Source: Myxococcales bacterium
GTDB lineage: Bacteria > Myxococcota_A > Polyangia > Polyangiales > DASUME01
Reading direction: 5' to 3'
DNA: 64,000 bases
NCBI GenBank assembly: GCA_047601445.1
Contig: JASGJH010000001.1
Coordinates: forward strand, 4,672,001-4,736,000
Part shown: positions 20,020 through 31,110 of the stretch, piece after piece
How positions within the stretch are numbered: the stretch's first letter is position 1
Layout: every line of letters starts with the position of its first letter
Made by a program: the position numbers and the translations under genes
Notes under the pieces: model-generated
The model's database searches: none
The model's input: the letters and a program-made list of their open reading frames with translations, nothing else
What the model was told of the DNA's origin: nothing

Positions 20020-21096
20020 ATGCTTCGTTTTCTCCGCGCTGGCGGACTCGGCTTGTGCCTGGCACTGACGGCTAGTTTGGTTGGTTGCAGCAAACCGAAA
20101 GAGAGCCCCGCGCCGGCACCCGAAGCCAAGCCCGTAACCTCCACCGAATCCCCCAAGCCCGCCGAGGCGGCCCCCCTGCGCATCGCCTACAGCGATTGGC
20201 CTGGCTGGGTGGCCTGGGAGATCGGCATCCAAAAAAAGTGGTTCGAGGAAGAGGGCGTCAAGGTCGACTTCAAGTGGTTCGAGTACGTGCCCTCCATGGA
20301 GGCTTTCTCCGCGGGTAAGGTCGACGCGGTGACGATGACCAACGGCGATGCGCTGGTCACCGGCTCGAGCGGCGCACCCAGCGTGGCCATCCTGCTCAAC
20401 GACTACAGCAACGGCAACGACATGGTCGTGGCACGTCCCGGCATCTCCGATGTGAAGGCGCTCAAGGGCAAGAAGGTCGGCGTGGAGGTGGGCTTCGTGA
20501 GCCACCTGCTGCTGATCAACGCGCTCAAGAGCGTGAACCTCACCGACAAGGATGTGACCATCGTCAACGTGCCCACCGACCAGACGCCGCAGCTGCTCAA
20601 GAGCGGTGAGGTGGACGCCGTGGTGGCGTGGCAGCCCAACAGCGGTCAGGCCCTGAGCGAGGTGGCGGGCTCCAAGCCCATTTTCACCAGCGCGAACGTG
20701 CCCGGGGTCATCTACGACGTGCTCGCGGTGAACCCCAAGAGCCTGAGCGAGCGCCGCGATGACTGGAAGAAGGTCACCAAGGTCTGGTTCCGCATCGCGG
20801 ACTTCCTCAAGAAGACCGAGAACCTCGATGAGGCCGCCAAGATCATGTCCGCGCGCGTGGGCATGGAGCCCGCCAAGTACAAAGAGCTCATGAAGGGCAC
20901 CTTCTTCCTCGACCTGGCGGGCAACCAAAAGGCCTTCGCGCCGGGCGAGAGCCTCGCGAGCGTGCACTTCTCGGACAAGGTCGTGGACGAGTTCCAGGTG
21001 AAGAACGACGTCTACAAGAAACCTGTCGATTACACGAGCTATCTAGACTCGTCGTTCGTGACCGAACTGGCCGCGGGCCTCGCGGCAGCCAAGTAA
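20020..21096 (+). CDS. ABC transporter substrate-binding lipoprotein (urea/guanidine carboxylase region; SsuA/NMT1-like)
   Basis: YSDWPGW, DYSNGND motifs; operon context. Confidence 0.9.
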   Translation: MLRFLRAGGLGLCLALTASLVGCSKPKESPAPAPEAKPVTSTESPKPAEAAPLRIAYSDWPGWVAWEIGIQKKWFEEEGVKVDFKWFEYVPSMEAFSAGKVDAVTMTNGDALVTGSSGAPSVAILLNDYSNGNDMVVARPGISDVKALKGKKVGVEVGFVSHLLLINALKSVNLTDKDVTIVNVPTDQTPQLLKSGEVDAVVAWQPNSGQALSEVAGSKPIFTSANVPGVIYDVLAVNPKSLSERRDDWKKVTKVWFRIADFLKKTENLDEAAKIMSARVGMEPAKYKELMKGTFFLDLAGNQKAFAPGESLASVHFSDKVVDEFQVKNDVYKKPVDYTSYLDSSFVTELAAGLAAAK

Positions 21097-21130
21097 GACT
21101 CGGGCCCCCTACGAACGCAGAGAACACACC

Positions 21131-22192
21131 ATGGCGCTCCCCCTGCTGAGACTCCGAGAGCCCCTCGCGCACTGGCCCAAGTTGTGCGCCACGGTGTTGG
21201 CCTTTGTGCTTCCCTTGCTGGCGTGGGCGGCCATCAGCTACCTGCCCTTCCTGTGGCATCCGCTGGTGCTCGTGACCGACGCGGGCGACACCAGCGTGCC
21301 CGGCAAGTACGACTTCGTGGCGGCCGAGCAGCGGGTAGACATCGAGGTGTACGAGGCGCGCAACGCGGAGCTGGCTGCGGCCGGCAAGAGGCTCGCGCAG
21401 GGCGAGCGGGTGAACCCCATCTACTTGCCCGCGCCCCACGAGGTCGCGCGAGCATTCTACACCGCGTTCACCACGGAGCCGGAACGGCGCGGTGACTACT
21501 GGCTGCACGAGAGCCTGTGGCACAGCTGTCAGATCATCTTTTGGGGCTTCTTCTACGCCGCCTTGCTGGGTCTTCCGCTCGGGGTGCTGTGCGGCACCTT
21601 CCCGCTGCTCTCGCAGCTGTTCGAGCCCTTCGTGGACTTCGTGCGCTACATGCCGGCGCCCGTTTTCGGCGCGCTCGCGGTGGCTATTTTCGGGCTCGCG
21701 GACGCCCCCAAGATCACCATTATCTTCATCGGCACGTTCTTCCAGATGGTGCTCGTGGTGGCCAACACCACGCGCCAGGTGGACGCTGCGCTGCTCCACG
21801 CGGGCCAGACCCTGGGCGCGAGCTCGCGTCAGCTGCTCACGCACATCGTGCTGCCGAGCGCCCTACCCAACCTGTATCGCGACATGCGCATCCTGGTCGG
21901 CTGGGCCTGGACGTACCTGGTGGTGGCGGAGCTCATCGGTGAGAAGTCCGGTATCAGCGCGTTCATCTACCAGCAGCAGCGCTATCGCAACTTCCCGAAC
22001 GTGTACGCCAGCATCGTGATCATCGGCGCCATCGGCCTGTTCTTCGATCAGATCCTGGCCGTACTCGGGCGCTACCTGTTCCCCTGGGAGAGTGGGCGTC
22101 AAAGCCTCGGCAAGTCGCTCAAGCAGCTGTTCGCGCGCAAAGGCTCGGCGATCCCGAGCGTGAAGACCGCAGCCCTCGAGGTGAGCAAATGA
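21131..22192 (+). CDS. ABC transporter permease
   Basis: [25 protein letters not shown]. Confidence 0.93.
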   Translation: MALPLLRLREPLAHWPKLCATVLAFVLPLLAWAAISYLPFLWHPLVLVTDAGDTSVPGKYDFVAAEQRVDIEVYEARNAELAAAGKRLAQGERVNPIYLPAPHEVARAFYTAFTTEPERRGDYWLHESLWHSCQIIFWGFFYAALLGLPLGVLCGTFPLLSQLFEPFVDFVRYMPAPVFGALAVAIFGLADAPKITIIFIGTFFQMVLVVANTTRQVDAALLHAGQTLGASSRQLLTHIVLPSALPNLYRDMRILVGWAWTYLVVAELIGEKSGISAFIYQQQRYRNFPNVYASIVIIGAIGLFFDQILAVLGRYLFPWESGRQSLGKSLKQLFARKGSAIPSVKTAALEVSK

Positions 22193-23055
22193 GCATCGGC
22201 AACTTCGAACTCCCGAGCTACCTCGAGCAAAGCGACGACGTGCGCGCGTACTTCAAGGAGCTCAAGAGCCGCCCGGTGGTGCTCGAGATCGACAAGGTCG
22301 GCAAGTACTTCGACAGCCCCAAGGGGCGCGTCACCGCCATCTCCGAGATCTCTTTCTCCGTGCATCGCAAGGAGTTCGTCAGCGTCATCGGACCGTCGGG
22401 CTGCGGCAAGTCCACTTTGATCCGCATCCTGGCTGGCCTCTCGCAAACCACGTCTGGCGAAGTACGGCTCGACGGCAAGCGCGTAGAAGGCCCGGGCGCG
22501 GACCGCGGCATGGTGTTCCAGGGCTACACGCTATTTCCCTGGCTCAGTGTGCTCGACAACGTGATGTTCGGCCCGCGCCTGCGCGGACACAAGGGCAAGG
22601 CAGCCGAAGAGAAGGCCATGTGCTGGCTCGACGTGGTGGGCCTCACGCGCTTCGCCGAGCACTACCCCGAGCAACTCTCGGGCGGCATGAAGCAGCGTGT
22701 GGCGATCGCGCGCGCGCTGGCCAACGAGCCGCGCATCCTGTTGATGGACGAGCCCTTCGGAGCGCTCGACGCCCAGACTCGCAGCGGCATGCAGGCCCAT
22801 CTCACGCGCATCTGGGACAAGGAAGACCTGACGGTGCTCTTCATCACCCACGACCTCGACGAGGCCGTGTACCTGTCCGATCGCATCGTGGTGCTGGCGG
22901 CCAATCCCGGTCGCGTGGCCGAGGTGATCGAGGTGCCGGTGCCGCGCCCGCGCGATCGCGAGCAGCTACTCTCTGGGCCCTTCTTGGCCACCAAGAAGCG
23001 CCTCGAAACTCTGATCTACGGCAATCAGTCGAGTGAGGATCACGAAGCCGCCTGA
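22189..23055 (+). CDS. ABC transporter ATP-binding protein
   Basis: [26 protein letters not shown]. Confidence 0.95.
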   Translation: MSIGNFELPSYLEQSDDVRAYFKELKSRPVVLEIDKVGKYFDSPKGRVTAISEISFSVHRKEFVSVIGPSGCGKSTLIRILAGLSQTTSGEVRLDGKRVEGPGADRGMVFQGYTLFPWLSVLDNVMFGPRLRGHKGKAAEEKAMCWLDVVGLTRFAEHYPEQLSGGMKQRVAIARALANEPRILLMDEPFGALDAQTRSGMQAHLTRIWDKEDLTVLFITHDLDEAVYLSDRIVVLAANPGRVAEVIEVPVPRPRDREQLLSGPFLATKKRLETLIYGNQSSEDHEAA

Positions 23056-23149
23056 GCTTTGACGGCTCGGGTCGGGAACCCTTTTGCTGCGCGTGCAGTC
23101 TTTTGCGCGCAGGGACCTTTTTTTACCGAGTTTTCGATAGGACATTGAA

Positions 23150-23875
23150 ATGGACCAGTCCGAAGCCTCGAATCAGCCACTTTTACGGGAAACTTTGCGC
23201 GGCGGAGAAATGTGGTCGCGCGTGGTGCGACGCGGCCAGTGGCTGCGGCTCACCGACCTCGAAGGCGGCGCCACGCCGGCGGCCCTCTTCTACAACGCGC
23301 AGCAGCCCCTCGAACGCTACAACGCGCCCGACACGCTGAAGGCCCAGCACACCGCGCGCCTCACGCGCGGCAACGTGTTGTTCTCCGACATGGGCCGCAT
23401 CTTGATGTCGGTGGTGGAGGACAGCGCGGGCTGGCACGACACCGTGACGGGCCACATGGATCACGCGGCCTCCGAGCAGAAGTTCGGCGTCGGCACCTAC
23501 CAGGCGCTACGCAACGACTTCTACCACGACACGCGCAGCAACTTCCTGGTCGAGCTCGGCAAGCACGGGCTCGGCAAGCGCGACCTCGCGCCCAACGTGA
23601 ACTTCTTCGCGAAGATCGTCGCCGATGAAGACGGCCGACTGAGCTGGCAAACGCCGGCGCGCGCGGGTCAGTCCGTGACCCTGCGCGCCGAGATGGACGT
23701 GCTGGTGGTGCTGTCCAACACGCCGCACCGACTCGACCCGAGCACGCGCTACGCGCCCAAGCCGCTCGAGCTCAGCATCGGTGTCGCCGCTCCGGTGGCC
23801 GCAGACGACGTGTGTCGAACCCACTGTGAGCAGAACGCGCGCGGCTTCGTGCTGACCGAGACCTACCACCTCTGA
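23150..23875 (+). CDS. cgdA: DUF1989 urea-carboxylase-associated protein (carboxyguanidine deiminase subunit A)
   Basis: [26 protein letters not shown]. Confidence 0.85.
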   Translation: MDQSEASNQPLLRETLRGGEMWSRVVRRGQWLRLTDLEGGATPAALFYNAQQPLERYNAPDTLKAQHTARLTRGNVLFSDMGRILMSVVEDSAGWHDTVTGHMDHAASEQKFGVGTYQALRNDFYHDTRSNFLVELGKHGLGKRDLAPNVNFFAKIVADEDGRLSWQTPARAGQSVTLRAEMDVLVVLSNTPHRLDPSTRYAPKPLELSIGVAAPVAADDVCRTHCEQNARGFVLTETYHL

Positions 23876-23885
23876 AGGGGCGCCC

Positions 23886-24548
23886 ATGACCGACCTAGAC
23901 AAGCTCGTCGAAAGCAAGCTCGCGCTCCACCAGGCCAGTTACCGGCACGTGGTGGACTCCGGCCTCGGCTACAGCAAGCGCATCGCCCGCGGGGAAATCC
24001 TGCGCATCGTGGACCTCGAGGGCAATCAGGCGGTGGACACCTTGTTCTACAACGCCGACGACCCCAGCGAGCGCTACAGCTCCGCGGACACCATCATGGC
24101 GCAGGGTGCGCTCTACCTCACCACGGGCTCGCAGCTCGTGTCCAGCGAGGGGCGCGTGATGTTGACCATCGTGGCCGACACCTGCGGACGCCACGACACG
24201 CTGGGCGGAGCCTGCGCAGCCGAGAGCAATCAAGTTCGTTACGCCATCGACAAGCGCTACATGCACAGCTGCCGCGACAGCTTCTTGCTCGAGCTCGCGG
24301 AGCACCACCCGCACATGACCAAGCGGGACATCGCGGCCAACATCAACTTCTTCATGAACGTGCCGGTGACACCCGACGGCGGCCTGCGCTTCGCCGACGG
24401 CGTGTCCGGACCGGGTCGCTACGTGGAGCTGCGTGCCGAGATGGACGTGCTGCTCCTGATCTCCAACTGCCCCCAGCTCAATAACCCATGCAACGCCTAC
24501 AACCCGACACCCATCGAAGTGGTGGTCTTCCCGAGGGGCGCGGACTGA
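23886..24548 (+). CDS. cgdB: DUF1989 urea-carboxylase-associated protein (carboxyguanidine deiminase subunit B)
   Basis: [36 protein letters not shown]. Confidence 0.88.
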   Translation: MTDLDKLVESKLALHQASYRHVVDSGLGYSKRIARGEILRIVDLEGNQAVDTLFYNADDPSERYSSADTIMAQGALYLTTGSQLVSSEGRVMLTIVADTCGRHDTLGGACAAESNQVRYAIDKRYMHSCRDSFLLELAEHHPHMTKRDIAANINFFMNVPVTPDGGLRFADGVSGPGRYVELRAEMDVLLLISNCPQLNNPCNAYNPTPIEVVVFPRGAD

Positions 24549-24549
24549 C

Positions 24550-27500
24550 ATGAGTGCTCCAGTGTTCGACAAGGTCTTGATCGCGAACCGCGGCGAAATT
24601 GCCTGCCGCGTGGTGCGGGCCGCGCGGGCTCTCTCGCTGCGCTCGGTGGCGCTCTATTCGGAGGCCGACTCGCAGTCGCTGCACGTGAGCATGGCCGACG
24701 AGTGCGTGGCCATCGGACCGGCGGCGGCAGCCCAGAGCTACCTCAACGTCGACCGCGTGATCGCCGCGGCGCACGCCACCGGCGCCAAGGCCATCCACCC
24801 GGGCTACGGCTTCTTGAGCGAGAACGTGAGCTTCGCGGAGCGCTGCGAGGCCGAGGGACTGATCTTCGTGGGACCGCGTCCGGAGCACATCCGGGCCTTC
24901 GGCTTGAAGCACGAGGCGCGCAGGTTGGCGGCCGAGAGCGGAGTGCCACTGCTGCCTGGCACCGGGCTGCTCACGGATCTCGAGTCCGCCTTGCAACAGG
25001 CCGAGGTGATCGGCTACCCGGTCATGCTCAAGAGCACGGCCGGCGGCGGCGGCATCGGCATGGCCGTGTGTCAGGACGCGGACGATCTGCGCGGGCGCTA
25101 CGCCTCGGTGCAACGCCTGGCCCAGGGCAACTTCAGCCACGCTGGCGTGTTCCTCGAGAAGTTCGTGGCGCGCGCGCGGCATGTGGAAGTACAGGTATTC
25201 GGCGACGGCGAGGGTCGGGTCATGTGCCTGTCCGAGCGCGATTGCAGCAGCCAGCGCCGCAACCAGAAGGTCCTGGAAGAGGCGCCAGCGCCTCGACTCG
25301 ACGACGCGCAACGCGCGGCCTTGCGCGAGGCGGCCCTCAAACTGTGCACGTCGGTGTCCTATCGCTCGGCTGGCACCGTGGAGTTCGTGTTGGACGCCGA
25401 CAGCGGCGCCTTCTACTTCCTGGAGGTCAACACCCGCCTGCAGGTCGAGCACTGCGTGACCGAGGAGATCTTCGGCATCGACCTGTTGGGCTACATGCTG
25501 CGGCTCGCACTGGGCGACCGCAGCATGTTCGACGCCGAGCCGAGCGCGCTCAAGGGGCACTCGATCCAGGCGCGTCTCTACGCGGAGGACCCCGCACGCA
25601 ATTTCCAGCCGTGCTCGGGCTTGCTCACCGAGGTGACGTTCTCCGAAAGGGCACGCATCGAGACCTGGGTCGAGACCGGCGTGGAGGTCAGCCCGCACTA
25701 CGATCCCTTGATCGCCAAGATCATCGTGTGGGGCGAGACCCGCGAAGCCGCGGTGGCGGCCATGGCCGAGGCGCTGCACGACACGCGCGTGCAGGGCATC
25801 GAGACCAACCTGCCCTACCTACGCCAGATCGTGGCCAGCCCGGACTTTGCCGACGCGCGCATGATCACGCGCAGCCTGGCGGAGATGAAGGCCGTGGCCG
25901 ATGGCATCGAAGTGCTCGAGGCCGGCACGCAGACCACGGTGCAGGACTATCCGGGTCGGCTCGGCTACTGGGATGTGGGCATCCCGCCCTCGGGTCCCAT
26001 GGACGCCCTCTCGCTGCGCCTCGGCAATCGCGCCGTGGGCAACCCGAGCGGCACCCCCGCACTCGAGATCACGGTCTCTGGCCCGAGCCTCGCGTTCCGT
26101 GAGGACGCCTTGATCGCGCTCACCGGCGCCGCGTTCGATGCGCAGCTCGATGGAGTCCCGGTGCCTTGCTACGAGCCGTTGGAGGTGAAGGCCGGCCAGG
26201 TCCTGCGCATGGGCAGCGCAGGCGCCGTGGGCACGCGCGCATACCTGTGCGTGCGCGGCGGCTTCGACGTGCCCTCCTACCTGGGCAGCAGCAGCACCTT
26301 CACGCTGGGCGGCTTCGGCGGCCACGGCGGGCGCGCGCTGCGCGTGGGGGATGTGTTGCGGGTCGCCCATCACGGCGACCTTGCGTTCGAGGAACCCCAG
26401 CGCATTCCCGAAGCCCTGCGCCCGAGTATCACGGGCAGCTGGGAAATCGGCGTGATGTACGGGCCCCACGGTGCGCCCGACTTCTTCACCGACGAAGACA
26501 TCGCCACCTTGTTCTCGTCCGAGTACACGGTGCACCACAACTCCGCGCGCACCGGCGTACGCCTGATTGGACCCAAGCCCGACTGGGCCCGTGCGGACGG
26601 CGGCGAAGCCGGCCTCCACCCCTCCAATATCCACGACAACGCCTACGCCATCGGCAGCCTCGACTTCACGGGCGACATGCCGATCATCCTGGGCCCCGAC
26701 GGTCCCAGTCTCGGTGGTTTCGTGTGCCCGGCCTGCGTGGTGGAGAGCGAGCTGTGGAAGCTCGGTCAGCTGCGCCCCGGCGACCGCGTGCGCTTCGTGA
26801 TTTTGTCGTACGCCGACGCACGCACCCAGAAAGAGAGCCAGGAACACGGCATCGCGACCCTGGAAGGAGCCACCCACGAAATCGGTGCGCCCACGCTCAC
26901 GGCGCGCGCGCCCGACGGCGCGGTGATCTCGGAGAACACCGGCGGTGGCCTCGACGTGCGCTATCGCCAGGCGGGCGATCGCTACCTGCTCGTCGAGTAC
27001 GGCCCCATGGTGCTCGACCTCAACTTGCGCTTCCGCGTACACGCGCTGATGGAACGCCTGCGCGCCGCGGCTGTTCCCGGCGTGCAGGAGCTCACGCCAG
27101 GCATCCGCTCGTTGCAGATCCACTACGCGAGCGATCGCCTCAGCCAGCGCGCCCTGGTGGACATTCTGGAGCGCATCGAGGCCGACCTGGGCGCCGTGGA
27201 TGCGCTCGAGGTGCCCACGCGCATCCTGCGCTTGCCGCTGTCCTGGGACGACCCGGCCACCCAGCTCGCCATCGAGAAGTACACCAAGACGGTGCGCCCC
27301 GACGCGCCCTGGGCTCCGAGCAACATCGAGTTCATCCGGCGCATCAACGGCCTGAGCAGCCTCGACGAGGTGCGCCGCACCGTGTTCGACGCGAGCTACC
27401 TCGTGATGGGCCTGGGCGACGTCTATCTCGGCGCGCCGGTGGCCACGCCGCTCGACCCGCGTCATCGCTTGGTGACCACCAAGTACAACCCGGCACGCAC

Positions 27501-28164
27501 CTGGACGCCCGAGAACGCGGTCGGCATCGGCGGCGCGTACATGTGCATCTACGGCATGGAGGGCCCCGGCGGCTACCAGTTCGTAGGGCGCACGCTTCAA
27601 GTCTACAACCGCTTCCGGGCCACGCGCGACTTCCAGCGCGACAAGCCGTGGCTGCTGCGTTTCTTCGATCAGATCCGCTTCTACCCGGTGTCGGCGGAGG
27701 AGCTGCTCGACATTCGGCGCGCGTTCCCGGCCGGACGCTTCGAGCCCGAGATCAGCGAGGAGACCTTCCGCATCGCGGACTACAACCGATTCTTGAGCGA
27801 TCAAGCCGTACAGATCGCCGCATTTCGAGCGCAGCAAAAGGCCGCGTTCGAAGGGGAGCGTCAGCGTTGGATCGAATCAGGACAAGCCAATTTCTCGGCC
27901 GCCGCGGCTGAAACCGCCGAGGCCAGCGAAGCAGATATCCCAGCGGGCAGTAAGCCGGTGACCGCACACGTCCCTGGCAGCGTTTGGAAGGTACTCGTCA
28001 AGGACGGCACGCGCGTGCAAGCAGGGCAGCCGCTCGTCGTTCTCGAGTCCATGAAAATGGAGATCACGGTGACAGCGCCCAGCACGGGCGAAATCACCAG
28101 CGTGCTGTGTGCCGAAGGCCAGAGCATCGCGGCAGGTCAGTTCTTGATCGCTATTTCGAGCTGA
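24550..28164 (+). CDS. uca: Urea carboxylase family enzyme, guanidine-carboxylase type (BC-CT-BCCP)
   Basis: IANRGEIA, HPGYGFLSE, HPSNIHD..GSLDFTGD, TTKYNPARTWTP, biotin site SMKM. Confidence 0.95.
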   Translation: MSAPVFDKVLIANRGEIACRVVRAARALSLRSVALYSEADSQSLHVSMADECVAIGPAAAAQSYLNVDRVIAAAHATGAKAIHPGYGFLSENVSFAERCEAEGLIFVGPRPEHIRAFGLKHEARRLAAESGVPLLPGTGLLTDLESALQQAEVIGYPVMLKSTAGGGGIGMAVCQDADDLRGRYASVQRLAQGNFSHAGVFLEKFVARARHVEVQVFGDGEGRVMCLSERDCSSQRRNQKVLEEAPAPRLDDAQRAALREAALKLCTSVSYRSAGTVEFVLDADSGAFYFLEVNTRLQVEHCVTEEIFGIDLLGYMLRLALGDRSMFDAEPSALKGHSIQARLYAEDPARNFQPCSGLLTEVTFSERARIETWVETGVEVSPHYDPLIAKIIVWGETREAAVAAMAEALHDTRVQGIETNLPYLRQIVASPDFADARMITRSLAEMKAVADGIEVLEAGTQTTVQDYPGRLGYWDVGIPPSGPMDALSLRLGNRAVGNPSGTPALEITVSGPSLAFREDALIALTGAAFDAQLDGVPVPCYEPLEVKAGQVLRMGSAGAVGTRAYLCVRGGFDVPSYLGSSSTFTLGGFGGHGGRALRVGDVLRVAHHGDLAFEEPQRIPEALRPSITGSWEIGVMYGPHGAPDFFTDEDIATLFSSEYTVHHNSARTGVRLIGPKPDWARADGGEAGLHPSNIHDNAYAIGSLDFTGDMPIILGPDGPSLGGFVCPACVVESELWKLGQLRPGDRVRFVILSYADARTQKESQEHGIATLEGATHEIGAPTLTARAPDGAVISENTGGGLDVRYRQAGDRYLLVEYGPMVLDLNLRFRVHALMERLRAAAVPGVQELTPGIRSLQIHYASDRLSQRALVDILERIEADLGAVDALEVPTRILRLPLSWDDPATQLAIEKYTKTVRPDAPWAPSNIEFIRRINGLSSLDEVRRTVFDASYLVMGLGDVYLGAPVATPLDPRHRLVTTKYNPARTWTPENAVGIGGAYMCIYGMEGPGGYQFVGRTLQVYNRFRATRDFQRDKPWLLRFFDQIRFYPVSAEELLDIRRAFPAGRFEPEISEETFRIADYNRFLSDQAVQIAAFRAQQKAAFEGERQRWIESGQANFSAAAAETAEASEADIPAGSKPVTAHVPGSVWKVLVKDGTRVQAGQPLVVLESMKMEITVTAPSTGEITSVLCAEGQSIAAGQFLIAISS

Positions 28165-28281
28165 CGTTTCCGACAAGTTCCGAACCGACATCTCGAGTGC
28201 ATCCGCACTCGAACGAAGGGCGACTTACAGCCTTTTTCTGCCCCCGAACTCACGTCCTCGCTCAAGAAAGGAAAGTCCATC

Positions 28282-29730
28282 ATGCAGTCCCGTTGGCCCT
28301 CGGATTCCCCTGGTTTGTTCCGCCGTCTGCTCGTGCCAGCCCTGGCAGCGTCGCTCGTCTTGCCGACGACGATCGCCAGCGCGCAGGAACCAGCCCCTGC
28401 TCCGACGGCCGAGCCTGCACCCGCCCCCGCTCCCGTGGAGGCAGCGCCCGCCGCACCTGCACCGGAGCCTGTCGCCGCGCCCGAACCCGTGAGCGTGTCG
28501 GCGACGACGACCTTCGAAGGTCCCTCGCCGGTGCCGGTACACGGCTCGCCCACCGTCGAAGGAGAGCAGCCCGCCGAGTACAAGACCCCCGAGATCGTGG
28601 AGGAGCCCGCAGACACTGGCTCCATCACCATCGGCGGCTGGATCGAGGCGTACTACGCGCACAACTTCAACAACCCGCAGAACCACACCACGGCCAACCG
28701 CTGGGTCGACGAGAAGACCGACTCCTTCACGCTGCAAACCTTCGCGCTCGACATCAGCGCGCAGAAGGGCCCCTTCAGCGCAATGGTGACCCTGATGTTC
28801 GGTCCCACGGCCGATCGCTGGTACTTCGAGGGCTCGCAAATCCCGTCGCAAGCGCTGCCCCAGGTGCTCGACGCGAACGGCTACAGCAACGAGACCTTCA
28901 AGAACGTGATGACCGCGTACGGCGGCTACAAGGCACCCGTCGGTAAGGGCCTCTTGATCGAGGCGGGCCTCTTGCCCACGCAGGTCGGCTACGAGACCAC
29001 GCCGGTGAAGAACAACTTCAACTTCTCGCGCTCGAACCTGTTCAACTTCTTGCCGTTCTTCCACCTCGGCGCGCGCGCCACCTATCCGCTCACCGACAAC
29101 CTGACCGTCACGGCCGGCGTGTTCAATGGGTGGAATCAGCTCATCGATCGCAACATCAAGAAGAGCGTCTCGCTGCAGACCTCCTACTCGAACGACGACT
29201 GGCTGTTCAACCTGCTGTACTTCGGCGGCGCAGAGCGCAGCACTCGCCCTGGCAACTGGTGGAGCGACAAGGATCTCGAGGACGGCAGCAAGAGCGGCAT
29301 GCCCTGGCGCAACATGTTCGACGCGGTGGCGCAGTACACGGGCATCCCCAACCTGATTCTCGCGGCCGAGCTCAACGGCGGCTGGGAAGCGCAGAAGCAA
29401 GCCACCCAGAAGTGGGTCGGTGCGGGCTTGTGGGCACAGCTGAAGCTGACGGACTGGCTGTTCGTTGCTGGTCGCGGTGACGGAATCGCCGAGGGAGGCA
29501 CGGGCAACTGGGCCAACGGTCGCTTCATCACCATCGGCGACGGTCACATCGTGTCGGGTACGGGCACCCTGGAGCTGCGCCCGCTGGGCGACGGCTTCTC
29601 GTTCCGCGTCGAGTACCGCCACGACAGCACCAACAAGGACAACGAGCTCGTCGGCTTCTACAAGGGCAGGAACAACACGTTCGTGAACTCGCAGAACACG
29701 GTTAACGTCGGTGTGACCGGCTGGTTCTAG
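28282..29730 (+). CDS. Outer-membrane beta-barrel porin (bbp2/DUF1597-like)
   Basis: Signal peptide, AYYAHNFN, VGYE..NFNFSRS..F..PFFHLG, EYRHD, C-terminal F. Confidence 0.8.
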   Translation: MQSRWPSDSPGLFRRLLVPALAASLVLPTTIASAQEPAPAPTAEPAPAPAPVEAAPAAPAPEPVAAPEPVSVSATTTFEGPSPVPVHGSPTVEGEQPAEYKTPEIVEEPADTGSITIGGWIEAYYAHNFNNPQNHTTANRWVDEKTDSFTLQTFALDISAQKGPFSAMVTLMFGPTADRWYFEGSQIPSQALPQVLDANGYSNETFKNVMTAYGGYKAPVGKGLLIEAGLLPTQVGYETTPVKNNFNFSRSNLFNFLPFFHLGARATYPLTDNLTVTAGVFNGWNQLIDRNIKKSVSLQTSYSNDDWLFNLLYFGGAERSTRPGNWWSDKDLEDGSKSGMPWRNMFDAVAQYTGIPNLILAAELNGGWEAQKQATQKWVGAGLWAQLKLTDWLFVAGRGDGIAEGGTGNWANGRFITIGDGHIVSGTGTLELRPLGDGFSFRVEYRHDSTNKDNELVGFYKGRNNTFVNSQNTVNVGVTGWF

Positions 29731-29737
29731 CTCCACA

Positions 29738-29992
29738 GCGGCCGGCTGCTCGAGACGGGCCGGATGGGGCTGCCCTATCCCACTCGTCGCGCTGATACGG
29801 TGCACCTCGGTCGTCCTTCATGGGGTGCTTGGGGGGCGGTTGGCCGCATGCGCGCCGGGGAACGGCGCGCGGGCTGTACTTGGGGCGGTGGGAATCTGGG
29901 GAGCGTTGTACGTCTGTTCTTCGATTGGGGCGGGGGCGCTCCAATGCGCGGCCAGGGCAACCCCATCCGGCCCGCCTCGAGCAGCCGACCGC
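29738..29992. repeat. REPIN/MITE-like element C (diverged member of the A/B family)
   Basis: 39-bp terminal IR with 3 mismatches; core blocks similar to A and B. Confidence 0.75.
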
Positions 29993-30127
29993 GCTCTCGT
30001 GTTCTCTCTGGCTCACGTGAGCATGGTGGTGCTCTGCCCGAGTGGCTTGGCGTGCTCTTCTCGGGTTAGTTGCTAAGGCGTGCTCCGACGCATCGGCCCC
30101 TTTTCGTTTTGAGCGCGTGCTTCGTAT

Positions 30128-31108
30128 TCAGCCGGTGCGTGAGAGTGGTGCGCTCGTGCCGAGGACTTCGTGCAGGAAGGTGAGCTTGTCGCGCCAGCAG
30201 CGGCGCGCGGGCTCGCGAAACACGAGCGCATGAAAGGCGTGTAGTTCGCCGGGGTAGTAGCGCAGTGCGTACTCGACCCCGAGCCGCGTCAGCGCAGGCC
30301 CAAGGCGCCGCGTATCGTCGAGCAACGGATCGCGGGTGCCCACGAAGGCGAAGCACGCGGGCAATGGCCTGAGCGGTGGCGTTCCTTGCTCGAGGATCAG
30401 CAGGGGATCGGCGAGCTCTGCGTCGCTCTGACGCCCTACGTAGCCGCGGCATACGTTGAGCACCGCGCCGCGCAGCCAGCGCGGCATCTCGCGCCTTCGC
30501 CACAGGCGCTCGGGATCGGACACCTGCAGAATCCCGCAGCCGAGCACCATGGCACGCGGCACCACACCGGTGGCGAAGACGCGGCGTGCGAAAGGCTCGG
30601 GCCGCGCGTAGCACGTGGTGACGGCGAGGGCGGCGGAGAGGTTGGCGCCTGCGGATTCGCCGGCCACCACCACCCGCGAGAGGTCGGCGCCGTACTTCGC
30701 GGCATGCTCCACCATCCACACGTAGGCGTCGCAGGCGTCTTCCAGCGCGGCGGGATAGCGATGGGTTGGGGCCAAACGGTAGCTCATGTTAAACACCACG
30801 TAGCCGGCGCGCGCGAAGATCAGCGCCATGATCCAGTGGGTTTCCTTGGACAACATGTGGAAGCCGCCGCCGTGGATGTAGAGCACCACGGGCCGCGGGC
30901 CTTGCAGGTCGCGGCGGCGGTAGATGTCGAGCCGCTGATCCAGGTGGCCTGTCGACGTGTAGGCCACGTCTCGGATCACTTCGATGCCGTGCGCTTCTGG
31001 ATCCGATCTCGGATGAAGTCGGCCCACGCGTGAGAGGCCCTCGAAGAAGCCCTCGGCCAGGCCACCCATGAGTTGGGCACGCAGCGCGCGAACGGATGGA
31101 ATTCTCAT
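30128..31108 (-). CDS. Alpha/beta hydrolase (HSL-like esterase/lipase)
   Basis: HGGGF, GESAG, DPLLDD, HAF. Confidence 0.93.
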   Translation of the reverse strand: MRIPSVRALRAQLMGGLAEGFFEGLSRVGRLHPRSDPEAHGIEVIRDVAYTSTGHLDQRLDIYRRRDLQGPRPVVLYIHGGGFHMLSKETHWIMALIFARAGYVVFNMSYRLAPTHRYPAALEDACDAYVWMVEHAAKYGADLSRVVVAGESAGANLSAALAVTTCYARPEPFARRVFATGVVPRAMVLGCGILQVSDPERLWRRREMPRWLRGAVLNVCRGYVGRQSDAELADPLLILEQGTPPLRPLPACFAFVGTRDPLLDDTRRLGPALTRLGVEYALRYYPGELHAFHALVFREPARRCWRDKLTFLHEVLGTSAPLSRTG

Positions 31109-31110
31109 AC

